In this document: positions 12,811-26,050 of the stretch, piece after piece
Numbering within the stretch: position 1 is the stretch's first letter
How the letters are laid out: every line of letters begins with the position of its first letter
DNA from: Macrostomum lignano
Taxonomy: Eukaryota
Direction of reading: 5' to 3'
Assembly (NCBI GenBank): GCA_002269645.1
Contig: NIVC01000988.1
Location: forward strand, 310,001 to 374,000
Length of the DNA: 64,000 nucleotides
Made by a program: the position numbers and the translations under genes
Notes under the pieces: model-generated
Seen by the model: the letters and a program-made list of their open reading frames with translations, nothing else
Told to the model about the DNA's origin: nothing
The model's database searches: none

Positions 12811-13149
12811 TATTGGAATTCAAAAGTGAGCTGTACTCAGTGAGAAAAAGTATTTGCAGTCTACTTGCATAGCTCAAACAAAATAGTTCTAAAATTTTAA
12901 AGAAACAAAGCCAGACATTTGTTTACTGTAAGGTAGAAAATCTATAGTATTGAATTGACTGAACTAAAGCCATTGAAATTCAAACAATAGGCCCTACGCT
13001 TTTGTTTGCTATTCAGCGAAACTAAGGATCAAGATTTAGGATAAAATTAAGAGCTCTCAGGAGCGTTAAGAAACTGATCTTTTTAAAATGGATACAGCCT
13101 TTAATGGAGATACACTGAACGACTTCCACTAAAGTGTGACACACCATTT

Positions 13150-13920
13150 AGCACTCTTTACACACTAGTTTGGCACTTCTTTACACACCAGTTTGGCACT
13201 CTTTACACACCAGTTTGGCACTCTTTACACACTAGTTTGGCACTCTTTACACACCAGTTTGGCACTCTTTACACACCAGTTTGGCACTCTTTACACACTA
13301 GTTTGGCACTCTTTACACACCAGTTTGGCACTCTTTACACACCAGTTTGGCACTCTTTACACACCAGTTTGGCACTCTTTACACACCAGTTTGGCACTCT
13401 TTACACACTAGTTTGGCACTCTTTACACACCAGTTTGGCACTCTTTACACACCAGTTTGGCACTCTTTACACACCAGTTTGGCACTCTTTACACACCAGT
13501 TTGGCACTCTTTACACACCAGTTTGGCACTTCTTTACACACCAGTTTGGCACTCTTTACACACCAGTTTGGCACTCTTTACACACCAGTTTGGCACTTCT
13601 TTACACACCAGTTTGGCACTCTTTACACACCAGTTTGGCACTCTTTACACACCAGTTTGGCACTCTTTACATACCAGTATGGCACTCTTTACATACCAGT
13701 ATGGCACTCTTTACACACCAGTTTGGCACTCTACACACCATTTGGCACTCTTTCCATCCCAGTTTGGCACTCTTTAAACACACCAGTTTGGCACTATTTA
13801 CACACTATTTGGCACTTTTTACAACCAGTTTGGCACTCCTTACATATCATTTGGCACTCTTTACACCCACTTTGGGACTCTACAAACAGTTTGGCACTCT
13901 TTACACCCAGTTTGGCATTT
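13150..13920 (+). repeat. 22-bp minisatellite (CACCAGTTTGGCACTCTTTACA)n
   Basis: Direct inspection. Confidence 0.95.
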
Positions 13921-16544
13921 GGAGATACTTGTATGACTTCTTTAAACAAAATAGTTACATTATATGTATTTTTAAATTTTGCAACTATTGAAACTTTGCA
14001 ACTAGGCATCTATAACTATTAAAGCTTATAAAAACATATGTTCCTATTATTATTATTCATGGAAACAAAAAATAAGCCTACTATACTACATTTTTTAGAC
14101 TTAGTAATTTTAATCCTATAATATTAGTTGTATGGATAATAAATCTTGGCAATTGTCAAGTTTCATTTAATAAACTGTTTTGATTCTAGGAAATTTATCT
14201 ATTAACTATTTTAAGCAGGAATAAAAATTTTAAGGGATTAAGCCTAGGTAAGCACTATTTCTACATTTCAAAACTTGTTATAATGTATTTGATTCTAGAA
14301 AGCTACAGTAGTCTATGGCCAAAACTGTTTACTATATAAACAAAACTTATTGACTACAATGTAGAACCTATCCAAGTAATACTTTTTGAGGACAAAGTTA
14401 TTAATAGATCAGCCTCTAACTTTTGTAGCTTCCTGTCCTAAGAGTCAAGTAGTCTCTGGCCATATTATCATATTATGGAAATATATGCCCAAAATTCTTA
14501 TATACAAATGTTTTAGCTAGTATACATGTAGCATACAAGGAAGAAAAATAGGCCTAGTTAAAGGAAGAAAATTATAAATTTCTAGCATTATCATTGGATT
14601 AAAATTATTAACTAGGCCTATACTTGTTCAAGCTTGCAGCATAGTGTATAAAAGCATAGAAATATTTGACATCATTGTGTAATTATGCGAAATAATCCTT
14701 TGCTATAATATATATAAGTTTTAATTTTTTAAATTAAATCGTAACAACAAATTAGGTTTTCAAATTATATAGGCCCTAATAAAATTTTCTACCAATTTCC
14801 TAGATTCAAAAAATTTAACAAACAAAATTTGATAGTGGGGTAATAGTTAAGTCTTTCTAATAGTTAATTACTTAAGTCTTTTTATCACATTTTTAATAAC
14901 TATCTATAAAAATAGGCCTGACATCCTTTTGCTTTATTTCCTTTCAGCTAAGATGTCTATAATAAAATATATATCATTAAAAATGAAGAAACTAGATAGG
15001 CCTAGTGCACTTAATAAGGTCTAGTTAGGCAATTAAATTTTTCATTGAACAGAATCAAGAATATATAATTAAATTAATAAATTATGATTACAAATATATA
15101 TTACAAATTTGATTCCCATCCCTTCAATGCAACATACTAAAATTAAATGAGTTGTTTATCACTAACATATTATAAATTCTAAATATACTTAATGCCAAAA
15201 AATAACATTAAAATTGACTAGGCCTTATTTTAGGCCTAAGTAGCCTGATTCTGCTTGGCAGCATGGATTGGTAGGTCTAAACTACTACACCAAAAAATTA
15301 TTTTGTTTCACGAAGGAATGGCAACTGCAACTACATAGCCTATCGATTTAAACAGGAAATAGTTCAGATATAAAATTGGTTTCTAAAGTCAAAGACGAAA
15401 AGAGAATGCAAATTTCCTGTTCAGTCTTGAGTTTTCTCGTCTTGAGTGAGTCCTTAATTAATATAATACACCACAAATGAGTCTGAAAAAGAGAAAGCTA
15501 AAACTCTCTGATCAGAGTCAGACTCCAATACTTTATCTTTCCGTGTTGCATGCATTGATTACTAGGCCTTATTTTTATTGCTAGGGCCCATTGCGAAGTG
15601 ACCGTTATGCTTAGACAGCTAAGTGAAGATATAAGATATACTTACGCGCGGGCCTTTCATGCATCATCGTGGTTTAAATCGGTGTGATAACTGAGGGTCT
15701 GTATAAAAGCAGGGCACCATTGGCACATTGGACACCCCTTATGTTAACAAAAATCGAGTTTTGATCGTTGTTTTGCTTGAATAAATATACTTTGGCTTTC
15801 GAATAAAAATGTAAATATTTATTTATAATTGCACTTTTTCATCCATATACTAAAAATGGTCTGTCGGTATGTGTGTGTGTGTATGTGTGTGTGTGTGATC
15901 GATTTTAGCAAAAACGGCTCAACCGATTTTCTTCGAACTTGCACTGTTCGATCAGAAATTTTCCCGTGACGGTACATGCATCGCGGCTAAGAAATTGCTT
16001 GATGCTAAAGGGATTAAATATTCGAAAAACATGCTTTTTTGCAAAGGTCAAGCATCGAAATGCATTGTAAGAATGCTAGCAGAAAAACTGACTGGTTGAA
16101 TTCTGATTCTAAAATAGATTGCATCACAATACACTTTGTTTATCGTCTGTGTACTGGCTGAATTTGACACTCAATTGAATTGCGTCACAGCTTTGAGTGT
16201 GAAAGCATAGCGCAGTACTGAATTTATATTACGTAACCATATTGTTAACTTTCATAGACACTGGTACTGACTTGCCTAAGAAATTGATTATGTCATAACT
16301 GCTTCGTGTGACTTTTAACTCTACCTGACTTGGTGTGAGTGTTGAATTATATAAGTGGTACAAATTCACTGATAACTTCGATGAGAGCTAGACTAGAGCT
16401 GAACAGACCAGACTGCTAATGCAGCGACCTAGGTTCGAATCTAAGTAGTTTAAAAGTAGTAGTATAAATTTTTTTATTAAAAGCTTTTATTAAATATTTA
16501 GTCCTTTAATAAAACATTTAGTCCTTTAATAAAACAAAACTTAG

Positions 16545-17975
16545 ATTACTGCACTCGATAAGCCAAGGATTATTGCTATTAATAAACCAAGGATTACTGC
16601 ACTCAATAAGCCAAGGATTATTGCTATTAATAAACCAAGGATTAATGCACTTGATTAATCAAGGATTATTGCTATTAATAAACCAAGGATTACTGCACTC
16701 GATAAGCCAAGGATTATTGCTATTAATAAACCAAGGATTACTGCACTTGGCAAACCAAGGATTACTGCACTCGATAAGCCAAGGATTATTGCTATTAATA
16801 AACCAAGGATTACTGCACTCAATAAACCAAGGACTATTGCTCTTGGCAAACCAAGGATTACTGCACTTGATTAATCAAGGATTATTGCTATTAATAAACC
16901 AATGATTACTGCACTCGATAAGCCAAGGATTATTGCTATTAATAAACCAAGGATTACTGCACTCGATAAGCCATGGATTATTGCTATTAATAAACCAAGA
17001 ATTACTGCACTTGGCAAACCAAGGATTACTGCACTCGATAAGCCAAGGATTATTGCTATTAATAAACCAAGGATTAATGCACTTGATTAATCAAGGATTA
17101 TTGCTATTAATAAACCAAGGATTACTGCACTTGGCAAACCAAGGATTACTGCACTCGATAAGCCAAGGATTATTGCTATTAATAAACCAAGGATTACTGC
17201 ACTCAATAAACCAAGGACTATTGCTCTTGGCAAACCAAGGATTACTGCACTTGATTAATCAAGGATTATTGCTATTAATAAACCAATGATTACTGCACTC
17301 GATAAGCCAAGGATTATTGCTATTAATAAACCAAGGATTACTGCACTCGATAAGCCATGGATTATTGCTATTAATAAACCAAGGATTACTGCACTTGGCA
17401 AACCAAGGATTACTGCACTCGATAAGCCAAGCATTATTGCTATTAATAAACCAAGGATTAATGCACTTGATTAATCAAGGATTATTGCTATTAATAAACC
17501 AAGGATTACTGCACTCGATAAGCCATGGATTATTGCTATTAATAAACCAAGGATTACTGCACTCAATAAACCAAGGACTATTGCTCTGGGCAAACCAAGG
17601 ATTACTGCACTTGATTAATCAAGGATTATTGCTATTATTAAACCAAGGATTACTGCACTTGATTAATCAAGGATTATTGCTATTATTAAACCAAGGATTA
17701 CTGCACTCGATAAGCCAAGGATTATTGCTTTTAATAAACCAATGATTACTGCACTCGATAAGCCATGGATTATTGCTATTAATAAACCAAGGATTACTGC
17801 ACTTGGCAAACCAAGGATTACTGCACTCGATAAGCCATGGATTATTGCTATTAATAAACCAAGGATTACTGCACTCGATAAGCCAAAGATTATTGGTCTT
17901 AATAAACCAAGGATTACTTCACTCCATAGCCAAGGATTACTTCACTCCATAGCCAAGGATTACTGCGCTTGATAA
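16545..17975 (+). repeat. 24-bp satellite with two alternating variants and a 384-bp higher-order repeat, inside Helitron copy 1
   Basis: CCAAGGATTACTGCACTCGATAAG and CCAAGGATTATTGCTATTAATAAA. Near-identical ORFs at 16902/17286 and 16933/17317 are 384 bp apart. Confidence 0.9.
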
Positions 17976-18007
17976 GCTTGGCTACATGTATAGGATTATT
18001 TCTATCC

Positions 18008-18660
18008 AGGGATGCTTGCTATTTAGGGATTCTTGCTATTTGCAGGATGCTTGCTATCTGGAAGGATGCTTCTACATTATTTGGGGGATGCTTGCTATCT
18101 GGAAGGATGCTTCTACATTATTTGGGGGATGCTTGCTATCTGGAAGGATGCTTCTACATTATTTGGGGGATGCTTGCTATCTGGAAGGATGCTTCTACAT
18201 TATTTGGGGGATGCTTGCTATCTGGAAGGATGCTTCTACATTATTTGGGGGATGCTTGCTATCTGGAAGGATACTTCTACATTATTTGGGGGATGCTTGC
18301 TATCTGGAAGGATGCTTCTACATTATTTGGGGGATGCTTGCTATCTGGAAGGATGCTTCTACATTATTTGGGGGATGCTTGCTATCTGGAAGGATGCTTC
18401 TACATTATTTGGGGGATGCTTGCTATTTGGCTGGATGCTTTTATCCGGGAGATGCTTCTATTTGGGGGATGCTTGCTATCTGCAGATGCTTGCTATCTGC
18501 AGATGCTTGCTATCTGGGTGGATGCTTGCTAGGAGTATTAGGGGATGCTTGCTATCTGGGTAGATGCTTGCTAGGAGTATTAGGGGATGCTTGCTATCTG
18601 CGGTTGCTTACTTTTGGAGGAGGGTGCTTGCTACTGGGGGGATGCTTGCTGTCTTGGGAA
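18008..18660 (+). repeat. 41-bp minisatellite (GATGCTTGCTATCTGGAAGGATGCTTCTACATTATTTGGGG)n inside Helitron copy 1
   Basis: Direct inspection. Confidence 0.93.
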
Positions 18661-19504
18661 TATTTTCTATTTAGGGGTAATGACTGTGATCTTTGTGAAA
18701 GCTATATTTTCTTGTCTGTTTGTTAATTTTAGAAAAAAATAGATTCATTGCAAATATCATTGTCCGTGACAATTTTAAATGAATAAGGTGATTTTTAAAA
18801 GTGATGAAGGACTTGGTTTTTAAGAAAATGTGCTTTTTCATTGATTTCCATAAACTATTTTTGCTTCATTCTTATTGGGCGCCCCGAAGGGGGGCCGCAC
18901 TAGATTGCTAGTCCTATATACTAAAAATGGTCTGTCTGTGTCTATGTGATCGATTAGAGAAAAAATGGCTGGACCGATTTTGTTCGAACTTGCACTGTTC
19001 GATCAGAAATTTTCCCGTGACGGTACATGCATCGTGGCTAAGAAATTGCTCGATGCTAAAGGCATTAAATATTCGAAAAACATGCTTTTTTGCAAAGGTC
19101 AAGCAAACTTTTCGACTTGAAATGCATTGTAAGAATGCTAGAGAAAAAACTGACTGGTTGAATTCTGATTCTGAAATAGATTGCATCATAACTGAATTGT
19201 AACTCAGTGTGGAAGCGTAGCACCAGACTTGATTTAAATTGCGTAACCATATTGTTAACTGATACTGACTGACTGAGAAACTGATTATGTCATAACTGCT
19301 TCGTGTGATTTACTCTATGCTTGGATTTTAAAGTGTTGAATTATATAAGTGAAAAATTTCATGTTATCAAAACGATGAGAGCTAGCCTAGAGGTGAACGG
19401 ACTGAACTGCTAAATGCAGCGACGATGGTTCGAATTTTCATTGAGTATAATTTTTTTAATTAAAGCTTTTCAACGTCAGGAAAACTAAAAGACTTTTTAA
19501 AAGG

Positions 19505-21850
19505 AAGCGTCATGTAAAAATCATAGAAGCGTCATGTAAAAATCATAGAAGCGTCATGTAAAAAATCATAGAAGCGTCATGTAAAATTTTAGAAGCGTCA
19601 TGTAAACAATCATTGAAGCGTCATGTAAAAATCATAAAAGCGTCATGTAAAAATCATAGAAGCGTCATGTAAACAATCATAGAAGCGTCATGTAAAAAAT
19701 CGTAGAAGCGTCATATAAAAATCATAAAAGCGTCATGTAAAAATCATAGAAGCGTCATGTAAACAATCATTGAAGCGTCATGTAAAAATCATAGAAGCGT
19801 CATGAAAAAATAGTAGAAGCGTCATTTAAAAATCATAGAAGCGTCATGAAAAAATCATAGAAGCGTCATGCAAACAATCATAGAAGCGTCATGTAAAAAT
19901 CATAGAAGCGTCATGTAAAAAATCATAGAAGCGTCATTTTAAAAAATCATAGAAGCGTCATGTAAAAAATCATAGCAGCGCCATGTAAAAATCGTAGAAG
20001 CGTCATGTAAAAATCGTAGAAGTGTCATGTAAAAAATCATAGAAGCGTCATGTAAACAGTCATAGAAGCGTCATGTAAAAATTATAGAAGCGTCATATAA
20101 ACAATTATAGAAGCGTCATGTAAACAATCATAGAAGCGTCATGCAAACAATCATAGAAGCGTCATGTAAAAATCATAGAACCGTTATATAAACAATCATA
20201 GAAGCGTCATGCAAACAATCATAGAAGCGTCATGTAAAAATCATACAAGCGTCATGCAAACCATAATAGAAGCGTCATGTAAAAATCATAGAAGCGTCAT
20301 GTAAACAATCATAGTAGCGTCATGTAAAAATCATACAAGCGTCATGCAAACAATCATAGAAGCGTCATGTAAAAATCATAGAAGCGTCATATAAACAATT
20401 ATAGACGCGTCATGTAAACAATCATAGAAGCGTCATGCAAACAATCATTGAAGCGTCATGCAAACAATCATAGAAGCGTCATGCAAACAATCATAGAAGC
20501 GTCATGCAAACAATCATTGAAGCGTCATGCAAACAATCATAGAAGCGTCATGCAAACAATCATAGAAGCGTCATGAAAAAATCATAGAAGCGTCATGCAA
20601 ACAATCATAGAAGCGTCATGAAAAATCATAGAAGCGTCATGCAAACAATCATAGAAGCGTCATGTAAAAATCATAGAAGCGTCATGTAAAAATCATACAA
20701 GCGTCATGCAAACCATAATAGAAGCGTCATGTAAAAATCATAGAAGCGTCATGTAAACAATCATAGTAGCGTCATGTAAAAATCATACAAGCGTCATGCA
20801 AACCATAATAGAAGTGTCATGTAAAAATCATAGAAGCGTCATATAAACAATTATAGACGCGTCATGTAAACAATCATACAAGCGTCATGCAAACCATAAT
20901 AGAAGCGTCATGTAAAAATCATAGAAGCGTCATGTAAACAATCATAGTAGCGTCATGTAAAAATCATACAAGCGTCATGCAAACCATAATAGAAGTGTCA
21001 TGTAAAAATCATAGAAGCGTCATATAAACAATTATAGACGCGTCATGTAAACAATCATAGAAGCGTCATGCAAACAATCATTGAAGCGTCATGCAAACAA
21101 TCATTGAAGCGTCATGTAAAAATCATAGAAGCGTCATGTAAAAAATCATAGAAGCGTCATGTAAAAAATCATAGTAGCGTCATGTAAAAATCATACAAGC
21201 GTCATGCAAACCATAATAGAAGCGTCATGTAAAAATCATAGAAGCGTCATATAAACAATTATAGACGCGTCATGTAAACAATCATAGAAGCGTCATGCAA
21301 ACAATCATTGAAGCGTCATGTAAAAATCATAGAAGCGTCATGTAAAAAATCATAGAAGCGTCATGTAAACAATCGTAGAAGCGTCACGCAAACAATCATT
21401 GAAGCGTCATGTAAAAATCATAGAAGCGTCATGAAAAAATAGTAGAAACGTCATTTAAAAATCATAGAAGCGTCATGTAAACAATCATAGTAGCGTCATG
21501 TAAAAATCATACAAGCGTCATGCAAACCATAATAGAAGTGTCATGTAAAAATCATAGAAGCGTCATATAAACAATTATAGACGCGTCATGTAAACAATCA
21601 TAGAAGCGTCATATAAAAATCATAAAAGCGTCATGTAAAAATCATAGAAGCGTCATGTAAAAAATCATAGAAGCGTCATTTTAAAAAATCATAGAAGCGT
21701 CATGTAAAAAATCATAGAAGCGTCATGTAAAAATCGTAGAAGCCTCATATAAAAACTAATGAAAGTGTCATTTAAAAAATTAAGAAGCATAATGGAAGAA
21801 TATAAGAAGCGTCATGTAAAAATCAAAAGAAGCGTCATGTCAGACATGAG
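19505..21850 (+). repeat. 22/23-bp satellite (ATAGAAGCGTCATGTAAA[C]AATC)n in Helitron copy 2
   Basis: Direct inspection. Confidence 0.95.
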
Positions 21851-22645
21851 AGGTGTCATATAAAAATTAAATGAAGCTATAGTACAGCACTGTGCTGGGG
21901 AGAATTACTGAGACGTCAAGGCTCACAGAGAATAACTGAGATTACAGGGGGGGGGGGGTTCTGAGATGTCAAAGCAAAAGTCAGAAGCTACTTCAAAGTT
22001 CATGTACTTTACTCAATTTTTTATTACATTCTTTGTTGGCTCGCCATGGGGGGCGCTGATAGAAGCAGAGTTATGTAAAAAATAAAAGTAGCACTATGTA
22101 TACATAAAAGAAAAGTCATGTCGAAGTTAAAAGATTCATTTAGGAATTGCTACGATGTCAAAGCTTGGTGGAAATCGTTATAGTGCTGTGATTCTTAAAG
22201 AAGGAATCACTAAAATTCCAAGGCTTAGGGGAGAAGAATTGCTGAGATTTCAAGGCTTTAGGTTGGGTTAAAGTTAGGTTTAGGTCAGGTGTGGGTTGAG
22301 GGTTATATTTTATCGGGTTTCAAGGTTAACAAGGGATTTTTTAGATTTCAAGATTTATGGGGGCATCGCTGACATGTCAAGGCTCACGGGGGTATAAATG
22401 AGATTTCAAGGCTTAAGTCAGAAGCTACATGTAGTTTATTGAAAACTTTTTATTACATTATTTGTTGACTCCTCAGGGCTCGCTGATACGAGCTAAAAAA
22501 AGCGTAATGTAAAAATAAAAGAAGCTTCATGTCGAAGTTAAGAGATTCATTTGGGAATCCCTACGATGTCGAGGCTTGCATGCAGGGAATCGCTATAATG
22601 CTGTAGTAGTGCTATAATGACTCAGAAAACTGAAATTTCAATGCT

Positions 22646-22719
22646 TTAGGGTTAGGTTAGGGTTAGGGTTAGGGTTAGGGTTAGGGTTAGGGTTGGGCTA
22701 GGGTTAGGGTTAGGGTTAG
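22646..22719 (+). repeat. Interstitial telomere-like (TTAGGG)n tract in Helitron copy 2
   Basis: About 12 perfect or near-perfect TTAGGG units; further degenerate tracts near 22260, 22980-23070 and 23230. Confidence 0.92.
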
Positions 22720-23962
22720 AAGGTTGACAGATTTTTTTAGATTTCAAGGCTTTTTGGGGGCATCGCTGAGATGTCAAGGGGGGAAGTTGATTTGTTAAAG
22801 CTTGTGGGGGGAATTACTGACATTTCAAGGCTTACAAGGGACTTCTGAGGTATGTTGCTAAGAGATGCTACATGTAGTTTATTACAAAATTTGTACTGCA
22901 TTTTTGGCTCCCTAACGCTAAGATACTAAGCTAAAAAATACTACTAGCACTTCACAAACTTATGCAGATGTCAGGCTGTAGGGTTAGTGTTAGGGTTGGT
23001 ATTAGGGTTTAGGTTTAAGGTTAGGTTCAGGGTTATTATGTTAAGATTTGGGTTAGGGTTAGGGTTAAGGAGCTTATAACTTAGCTCATGTACCTTATTA
23101 AAAATGTTTATCATGGAAGCATCATGCAAAAATAATGGAAGCGTCATGCAAAAACAATGGAAGCGTCATGCCAAAAATCATAGAAGCATCGATCATGCAA
23201 AAACTCATAGACAGAATATTGAATTTAGGGTTTTGGTTAGGGTTAGAAGTTTGACAGTAGATTTTTTAAGATTTCAAGGCTACATGTAGCTTATTAAAAA
23301 AACGTGTATTGCATTTCTTTGGCTCCCCAACGGGGGGCGTAGATTGCTAGTCCTATATACTAAAAATGGTCTGTCTGTGTCTATGTGATCGATTAGAGAA
23401 AAAATGGCTGTACCGATTTTGTTCGAACTTGCACTGTTCGATCAGAAATTTTCCCGTGACTGTACATGCATCGTGGCTAAGAAATTTCTTGATGCTAAAG
23501 GCATTAAATATTCGAAAAACATGCTTTTTTGCAAAGGTCAAGCAAACTTTTCGACTTGAAATGCATTGTAAGAATGCTAGAGAAAAAACTGACTGGTTGA
23601 ATTCTGATTCTGAAATAGATTGCATCATAACTGAATTGTAACTCCGACTTGAATTGAAAATGCAGTGTGGAAGCGTAGCACCAGACTTGATTTAGATTGC
23701 GTAACCATATTGTTAACTGATACTGACTGACTGAGAAACTGATTATGTCATAACTGCTTCGTGTGATTTACTCTATGCTTGGATTTTAAAGTGTTGAATT
23801 ATATAAGTGCAAAATTTGATGTTATCAAAACGATGAGAGCTAGCCTAGAGGTGAACAAACTGAACTGTTAAATGCAGCGACGATGGTTCGAATTTTCATA
23901 GAGTATAATTTTTTAATTAAAGCTTTTCAACGTAAGGAAAACTAAAAGACTTTTTAAAAAGA

Positions 23963-25165
23963 ATCGTCATGTAAAAATCATAGAAGCGTCATGTAAAAAA
24001 TCATAGAAGCGTCATGTAAACAATCATAGAAGCGTCATGTAAAAAATCATAGAAGCGTCATGTAAAAAATCATAGAAGCGTCATGTAAAAAATCATAGAA
24101 GCGTCATGTAAACAATCATAGAAGCGTCATGTAAACAATCATAGAAGCGTCATGTAAACAATCATAGAAGCGTCATGTAAACAATCATAGAAGCGTCATT
24201 TAAACAATCATAGAAGCGTCATGTAAACAATCATAGAAGCGTCATGTAAAAAATCATAGAAGCGTCATGTAAACAATCATAGAAGCGCCATGTAAAAAAT
24301 CATAGAAGCGTCATGTAAAAAGCATAGAAGCGTCATGTAAAAATCATAGAAGCGTCGTATAAACAATCATAGAAGCGTCATGTAAACAATCATAGAAGCG
24401 TCATGTAAAAAATCATAGAAGCGTCATGTAAACAATCATAGAAGCGTCATGAAACAATCATAGAAGCGTCATGTAAAAAATCATAGAAGCGTCATGTAAA
24501 AAGCATAGAAGCGTCATGTAAAAATCATAGAAGCGTCGTATAAACAATCATAGAAGCGTCATGTAAACAATCATAGAAGCGTCATGTAAACAATCATAGA
24601 AGCGTCATGTAAACAATCATAGAAGCGTCATGAAACAATCATAGAAGCGTCATGTAAACAATCATAGAAGCGTCATGTAAAAAGCATAGAAGCGTCATGT
24701 AAAAATCATAGAAGCGTCGTATAAACAATCATAGAAGCGTCATGTAAACAATCATAGAAGCGTCATGTAAAAATCATAAAAGCGTCATGTAAAAATCATT
24801 GAAGCGTCCTGCAGAAATCGTAGAAGCGTCATGAAATAATCATAGAAGCGTCATGTAAAAAATCATAGAAGCGTCATGTAAACAATCATAGAAGCGTCAT
24901 GTAAACAATCATAGAAGCGTCATGTAAACAATCATGGAAGCGTTATGTAAAAAAATCATAGAAGCGTCATGTAAAAAGCATAGAAGCGTCATATAAACAA
25001 TCATAGAAGCGTCATATAAAAAATCATAGAAGTGTCATGTAAAAATCATAGAAGCGTCATGAAAAAATCATAGGAGCCTCATTTAAAAACTAATTAAAGT
25101 GTCATTTAAAAAATTAAGAAGCATCATGGTAGAATAAAAGAAGCGTCATGTCAGACATGAAGGGT
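23963..25165 (+). repeat. 22/23-bp satellite in Helitron copy 3 (same family as 19505-21850)
   Basis: Direct inspection. Confidence 0.95.
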
Positions 25166-25988
25166 GTCATGTAAAAATTAAATGCAGCTATAATGCTGTG
25201 CTGGGGAGAAAAACTGAGACGTAAAGGCTCTCAGAGAATAACTGAGATTACGGGGGGGTTCTGAGATGTCAAAGCAAAAGTCAGAAGCTACTTCAAAGTT
25301 CATGTACTTTACTCAATTTTTTTATTGCATTATTTGTTGGCTCGCCACGGGGGGGGCGCTGATAGAAGAAGAGTCATGTAAAAAATAAAAGTAGCACTAC
25401 GTATACATAAAAGAAAAGTCATGTCGAAGTTAAAAGATTCATTTGGGAATTGCTACGATGTCAAAGCTTGGTGGAAATCGTTATAGTGCTGTGATTCTTA
25501 AAGAAGGAATCACTAAAATGTCAAGGCTTAGGGGAGAAGAATTGCTGAGATTTCAAGGCTTTAGGTTGGGTTAAAGTTAGGTTTAGGTCAGGTGTGGGTT
25601 GAGGGTTATATTTTATCGGATTTCAAGGTTAACAGAATAACAGGGGATTTTTTAGATTTCAAGGTTTATGGGGGCCATCGCTGACATGTTAAGACTTACG
25701 GGGGAATATCTGAGATGTCAAGGTTCACGGGGGTATAAATGAGATTTCAAGGCTAAAGTCAGAAGCTACATGTAGTTTATTGAAAACTTTTTATTACATT
25801 ATTTGATGCCTCCTCTGGGGAGGGATCGCTGATAAAAAAAGCGTAATGTAAAAAATAAAATAAGCTTCATGTCGAAGTTAAGAGATTCATTTGGGAATCT
25901 CTACGATGTCGAGGCTTGCAGGGAATCGCTATAATGCTGTAGTAGTGCTATAATGACTCTTAGAGAGAATTACTGAAATTTCAATGCT

Positions 25989-26050
25989 TTAGGGTTAGGT
26001 TAGGGTTAGGGTTAGGGTTAGGGTTAGGGTTAGGCTAGGGTTAGGGTTAG
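25989..26050 (+). repeat. Interstitial (TTAGGG)n tract in Helitron copy 3
   Basis: About 10 units, in the same sequence context as the copy 2 tract. Confidence 0.92.

Larger units (their letters stand above)
15842..18911 (+). mobile_element. Non-autonomous Helitron, copy 1
   Basis: A|TCCATATACTAAAAATGG 5' end; GC hairpin GCCCCGAAGGGGGGC followed by ...ATTGCTAG at the 3' end. Confidence 0.85.
18912..23350 (+). mobile_element. Non-autonomous Helitron, copy 2
   Basis: Starts TCCTATATACTAAAAATGG immediately after the CTAG of copy 1; ends with hairpin CTCCCCAACGGGGGG then ...ATTGCTAG. Confidence 0.88.

Noticed and set aside
16383-16445. Functional tRNA-Ser(GCT) gene
   Set aside because: The anticodon and acceptor stems do not pair; kept only as a tRNA-like relic.
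11806-18726. Periodic ORFs (QSLTLAL, LFTHQFG, INQGLL, DACYL and similar) as coiled-coil or LRR proteins
   Set aside because: Translations of minisatellites, open in several frames and on both strands.
18914-23641. Duplicated 91-aa ORFs as genes
   Set aside because: They are the conserved 5' region of the Helitron copies, open on both strands, with no Rep or helicase motifs.
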